Source: an uncultured Chloroflexia bacterium
Lineage (GTDB): Bacteria; Chloroflexota; UBA6077; JACCZL01
NCBI GenBank assembly: GCA_963765765.1
Contig: CAVXYC010000020.1
Location: forward strand, 320,001-384,000
Reading direction: 5' to 3'
Length of the DNA stretch: 64,000 nt
A program made the position numbers and the translations under genes. A model generated the notes under the pieces. It saw nothing but the letters and a program-made list of their open reading frames with translations, did not search any database and was not told the DNA's origin. Positions 59,700 to 64,000 of the stretch are shown in pieces. The first letter of the stretch is position 1, and the number at the start of each line of letters is the position of its first letter.

Positions 59700-60506
59700 T
59701 CAGACGTCTGGCGCCGACTGAAGCTCATCATCAGCCTCCACGCGACTCACCCGACGGTTGGCGCCGCGCGGGCGCTGGAGATCAGCGGAAATCGCGCTCG
59801 CGGAGGTCATAACAAGGTCAATTACTCGCTGAAATCGTGGCCGGGCAAGCCGCTGCGACGGTCCGGCAACTGTGACTGCCGCCACTACCACGCCTCGCGA
59901 ATCGCGGACAGGTGCTGAAACGGAACGGATGAGCATTTCCCGTTCCTGGTCATTGACTGCAAATCCATGTTCGCGCACATCGTGCAGTGTCTGGCGGAAT
60001 TGATCGGGTTCCGTGATCGTTCGAGCGGAATGTTTTGGCAGTCCGTGACGTATAAAGCGCTCGATCTCCTGCTCGGGCTTCCAAGCGATGAGCACCTTCC
60101 CCGTTGCGGTGCAATGCACCGGCCCGCGTTCACGTGGGCCATGCGTAACGCGAAGATTGTGGGGACTTTCAACGCGCTGGACGTACACCACATCCAGATC
60201 GTCAAGCACTCCGAGCAGGATCGTCTCTTCGGTGATACGGCCGATCTCCATCATGTGTGGCAGCGCCGGACGGAGGTCTACCTCGCTCAGCGCCACCTGA
60301 CCGAGCTCATAGAGCCCTAACCCCAGGCGGTAGCGCGCTGAATGCGCGTCTCTACGGATCAGGCCCTCGGACGCGAGCATAGTCAGCAGACGGTGAGTAT
60401 TGCCCTTGCTGAGCCCAAGGCGACGGCTGATCTCGGACAGCCGTAGCTCCGGTTCATCCTCGGAGAACGTACGAAGTATTCTGATTCCTTCGATGAGTGA
60501 GGACAC
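59700..60506 (-). CDS. IclR family transcriptional regulator
   Basis: N-terminal wHTH, HCTATGKVL, SVSAPV.D. Confidence 0.94.
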   Translation of the reverse strand: MSSLIEGIRILRTFSEDEPELRLSEISRRLGLSKGNTHRLLTMLASEGLIRRDAHSARYRLGLGLYELGQVALSEVDLRPALPHMMEIGRITEETILLGVLDDLDVVYVQRVESPHNLRVTHGPRERGPVHCTATGKVLIAWKPEQEIERFIRHGLPKHSARTITEPDQFRQTLHDVREHGFAVNDQEREMLIRSVSAPVRDSRGVVVAAVTVAGPSQRLARPRFQRVIDLVMTSASAISADLQRPRGANRRVSRVEADDELQSAPDV

Positions 60507-60559
60507 TGCTTCGCCCCATGCACGTAGTGTGGTCCAACAAATTTAGCCGTAAGTTAGTA

Positions 60560-60591
60560 TGCAGTTGTTCGAATCTTTTGAACAAACTGCA
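60560..60591. promoter_or_regulatory. Palindromic operator candidate between divergent IclR and Rieske genes
   Basis: TGCAGTT-GTTC-N9-GAAC-A-AACTGCA. Confidence 0.55.
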
Positions 60592-60654
60592 CGACGATCG
60601 GAACGGTTGTCGATTAGAGTCATAGGTAATCAATCTCACAATCAGGAGCAGAAT

Positions 60655-61951
60655 GTGCTGAGAGAGGACGAGAATCGGCGGTTGAACGAGACTGGCCGGG
60701 GTACGCCGATGGGCGAGCTGATGCGCCGCTACTGGCAGCCGATCGCCGCGGCCGGCGAGCTCGATGAAACGCCGGTCAAGCAGGTTCGGCTCCTGAGCGA
60801 GGATCTGGTTCTTTACAAGGACCACAACGGCACGTTCGGACTCGTGGATTTGCACTGTCCGCACCGTCGCGCGGACATGAGCTACGGGATCATCGAACAA
60901 GAGGGCATCCGCTGCAATTACCATGGCTGGCGCTTCGTCCAGACCGGCCAGTGTGTAGAGCAGCCATTTGACGACATCGCTCATCCCGGACGTCGACTTC
61001 AAAGCTAAGATTCAGATCAAGTCCTATCCCGTGCGCGAGCGCGGCGGGCTCCTCTGGGCGTACCTCGGCCCCTCACCAGTGCCCGAGGTGCCGAACTGGG
61101 GTCCGTTCACGTGGGAAAACGGTATCGTTCAGATGGTGTTCACCGAGATCCCCTGTAACTGGTTCCAGTGCCAGGAGAACTCGATTGATCCGGTCCACTT
61201 CGAATGGCTTCACAGCTACTGGTCGTACGACCTTGCTGGCCGACGTGGGAAGCCCGCGCCCCGTCATCTGAAGGTTGGGTTCGACGAATTCGAGTACGGG
61301 TTCGTGTACCGGCGCGTTCAGGAAGGCTTCACCGAGGAGCATCCGCTCTGGACCGTGGGACGCACCTGCCTGTGGCCCAACGCGCTTTACACGGGCGACC
61401 ATTTCGAGTGGCGTGTCCCGGTCGACGATAACACCACGCTGAGTGTGGGATGGTTCTTCGATGGAGTGGCGCCCGGCCATGAGCTCCCCACGAACCAGCG
61501 ATACTTCCACTGGTACTCACCGCTGAAGGACCCACTCACGGGACGTTGGATCAATTCGCACGTGATGAATCAGGACTTCATCGCCTGGGTTGGTCAGGGC
61601 GCTCAAGCACAACGCTCATTGGAGCACTTAAGCCCCAGCGATCGCGGGATCATCATGATGCGCCAGAAGATGTTCGAGCAGATGAATGTCGTTGCCCGCG
61701 GTGAGGATCCCAAGTGCACACTCCGGAAGGGCGTTGCTCCAGAGATTCAGGAGCTGCCTCACCCAAACGCGCTCACGCGGGGCGGGTCAGAAAGCCGCGA
61801 CGTCCGATTTCCCTTCCTGGCTGGGCAACCGCCGGAGATCGCCGAGATCTACCGCAAGGTGAAGGAGACCTGGTTCGATTCATCGATACCCATGCCTGCG
61901 AACATTCAGGATCAGGGATTGAGTCTGAGCGGGACCGCCTCGCGAGAGTAA
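60655..61951 (+). CDS. Rieske non-heme iron oxygenase alpha subunit, phthalate/LigX-like (frameshift near 60990)
   Basis: TPMGELMRRYWQP, CPHR..CNYHGW, ENSIDPVHFEWLH, QDFIAWVGQG. Confidence 0.9.
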
Positions 61952-61966
61952 GACCTAGATTCCCAA

Positions 61967-62062
61967 CGTAGTGGGGTTCCCTTTGCGGGCATCGCCTAGA
62001 TCTCAATTGGCGCGATGGCAGTTTGGACTTCTAGGCGGCGCCCCGCAAGGGAACCCACTACG
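61967..62062. repeat. GTAG-type REP-like inverted pair between convergent genes
   Basis: CGTAGTGGGGTTCCCTTTGCGGG ... CCCCGCAAGGGAACCCACTACG. Confidence 0.6.
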
Positions 62063-62063
62063 A

Positions 62064-62537
62064 TTAGCCCAAATTATTCGGGGTAGGCGAGTCGACCTCG
62101 AACTTGATCCAGTAGTTGTTCGTGTGGTGTCGCTCAAACCCGAGCCGCTGATAGAGCCGGTTGGCGACTTCGCGGCGGGGATTCGTATTGAGCTCGATGA
62201 CCGACGCCCCGCCTTCGTGAGCGAGCCTGACCGCCTCGTTGGTTAGCGCGGAGCCGGCGCCGCGTCCGCGCGCTGGTTCGTCCACAATCACATTCTCAAG
62301 TCGAGCGTGCTTGCGTGAAGGTGTCCGATAGAGAACCACGGTCGCTGTACCGATGACTTCGGCTGATTCGGGGTCACGGGCAATCAGCAAGGTCGTCGCG
62401 GGTGACTCCACCACCTGGTCTAGCTCCGCAACTGTTGGCGGCGACAGCGTAGGATGCGACTGCGGAAGCAATCGCTCGAACGCCGCCACGAGCTCCGGTG
62501 TGATTGATCTGACCGTCTCGACGACGATCTCCGCCAC
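62064..62537 (-). CDS. GNAT acetyltransferase
   Basis: VIVDEPARGRGAG, N.LYQRLGF. Confidence 0.9.
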   Translation of the reverse strand: MAEIVVETVRSITPELVAAFERLLPQSHPTLSPPTVAELDQVVESPATTLLIARDPESAEVIGTATVVLYRTPSRKHARLENVIVDEPARGRGAGSALTNEAVRLAHEGGASVIELNTNPRREVANRLYQRLGFERHHTNNYWIKFEVDSPTPNNLG

Positions 62538-62538
62538 G

Positions 62539-63340
62539 CTAGTCTCCGGCGAGATCAGAGAGCGCTAGCCCTGCTCGACGCAAAGCAGCATCGAAGAACA
62601 CCTGTCCTCGGCGCACCCCGGTAGCTTCCAACGCACCGCGTGCCTTGGACAGCTGGCGCGGAATCGCATCCAGCACCTCTGGCCGAACCTGCTGGTTAGC
62701 TCCTGACATGGAATCGGAGGCCATCTGCACTTCGCAAGCGCGCTGCAATCGCCAGTAATCCTCAAAGACCGCGGGCACGTGACTACCCACCAAAACCAGT
62801 CCATGATTTCGCAGAATCAGGACGCGCTTCGCCACCCAGGTTCTCGGCCAGGCGCTTGCGCTCATCAACATCCGTCGAGATGCCTTCAAACTCGTGGTAA
62901 CCAACATCACCGAAGAACTCTGCGCTGTAGAAGTTGTCGTAACGCAGGCCCTCTCCTTTGCAGGCGACGGCCATACCAGCGGTCGTGTGCGTGTGGACCA
63001 CGCAATGAGCATCGTGGCGTACGGCATGGATGGCACCGTGGATGACGAAGCCAGCGAGGTTTACGGGGTATTCCGAGCCGTCCAGGACGTTTCCTTCGAG
63101 ATCAATCTTGACGAGGTTTCTGGCGGTCACCTCGGAGTAGTTCAGTCCATATGGATTGATCAAGAAGTGCGGCTCAGAGCCTGGGACGCGGAGCGTGATG
63201 TGGTTGTAGATCATCTCCGTCCAGCCCTGAGCATCCACCAGACGGTAGAACGCCGCGAGCTCGAGACGAAGCTGCCACTCCTCGGCAGTCACGCCGTGCG
63301 ATCTCAGCGATTGCGGAACGAGCAGGTCAAGCGTTGCCAT
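62539..63340 (-). CDS. Class II aldolase/adducin family protein (frameshift near 62835)
   Basis: IYNHIT.R, FLINPYGL, GFVIH.AIH, HTHT, ILRNHG. Confidence 0.9.
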
Positions 63341-63380
63341 TGATTGCCTCCAGAGAGCCGACGATGGCTATTAAAACAGG

Positions 63381-63414
63381 ACCGCCCTCCGCCGCGGCGC
63401 GGGCAGAGGGCGGT
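63381..63414. terminator. Hairpin downstream of dienelactone hydrolase
   Basis: ACCGCCCT..GC/GC..AGGGCGGT stem. Confidence 0.5.
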
Positions 63415-63440
63415 TACTTCAGTGTACGAGGCGTTCGCTT

Positions 63441-64000
63441 CTAGGAAAGAGTTCGATCAAAGAATTGGAACACCTTGCTCCACCCGTCCATGGCCTGCTG
63501 CTGTCGATAGTTCGGGCGGTCGTAGTAGAAGAAGCCGTGTCCCGCGCCGTCATAGCGATGGAACTCGTACTGCTTCCCGTTCTTCTTTAAAGACTCTTCC
63601 AGAGTGTCCACCTGCTCTGGGGTGGGCGCCTGGTCCTCGTTCCCGAAGATCCCCAAAATGGGGCAGTTGATCTGGGGAACGTAGTCAATTGGCGCGACGG
63701 GTTGCTGCGGCGTGAGCTCATCAGGGCCGGCGGTGACACGCCCGCCCCACAGGTCTGCTACTGCGTCGAACTTTTGTGTGCGTCCCGCTACGAGTACGGC
63801 GTTACGTCCGCCTGAGCACGTTCCGATGATACCTACCTTGCCACTCGCCTGCGGCAATGAGCGAATGTACTCGAGTGCACCTTCGCAGTCGCCTACGACG
63901 CTGTCATCGGCCACGCCACCCTCACCGCGGATCTTTGCGGTGACATCGTCTGGCTTACCGGTGCCGGCGCGAGTGTAAAGGTCAGGACACACGGTGATGT
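63441..64000 (-). CDS. Dienelactone hydrolase family protein (5' end off window)
   Basis: PDLY, GTCSGG elbow, GNED, YDGAGHGF. Confidence 0.92.
   Translation of the reverse strand, partial: ITVCPDLYTRAGTGKPDDVTAKIRGEGGVADDSVVGDCEGALEYIRSLPQASGKVGIIGTCSGGRNAVLVAGRTQKFDAVADLWGGRVTAGPDELTPQQPVAPIDYVPQINCPILGIFGNEDQAPTPEQVDTLEESLKKNGKQYEFHRYDGAGHGFFYYDRPNYRQQQAMDGWSKVFQFFDRTLS

Overview
GC-rich bacterial chromosome segment, most likely Chloroflexota (inferred from the RpoC coiled-coil insertion, the S12 insertion and the rpmF-fabD-fabG-nusB-acpP order). Many genes, including essential ones (rpoB, clpX, tig, fabG), are broken by 1-2 nt indels, so the assembly looks like an unpolished long-read sequence. 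1-32.7 kb is housekeeping: fusA start, rpsG, rpsL, rpoC, rpoB, radC-mreBCD-rodA-SPFH, fmt, rpe, rpmB, fakAB, recG, rsmD, coaD, yceD, rpmF, fabD, fabG, nusB, acpP, tatC, tig-clpP-clpX and an orphan DNA methyltransferase. 32.7-54.8 kb is an accretion region downstream of a tRNA-His/tRNA-Arg(UCG) pair. It holds two further tRNA-Arg relics, a duplicated DHFR-like + VOC cassette with ECF42-type promoter motifs, and HsdR, MgtA and HNH remnants. The main feature is a ~13.4 kb island bounded by direct repeats of the tRNA-Arg 3' half. It carries a phosphonate pathway (cytidylyltransferase-PepM fusion, Ppd, Fe-ADH) co-directional with a sulfotransferase-fold gene, converging on a second operon (rhodanese relic, TylF-type MTase, adenylating ligase, ACP, Cj1419-like MTase, CysC-like kinase fused to an alpha/beta-hydrolase). 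55-64 kb holds two glycosyltransferases and a catabolic group (DUF3500, Gfo/Idh/MocA, IclR, Rieske oxygenase, GNAT, class II aldolase, dienelactone hydrolase). Family assignments are by eye from motifs; no database searches were run.
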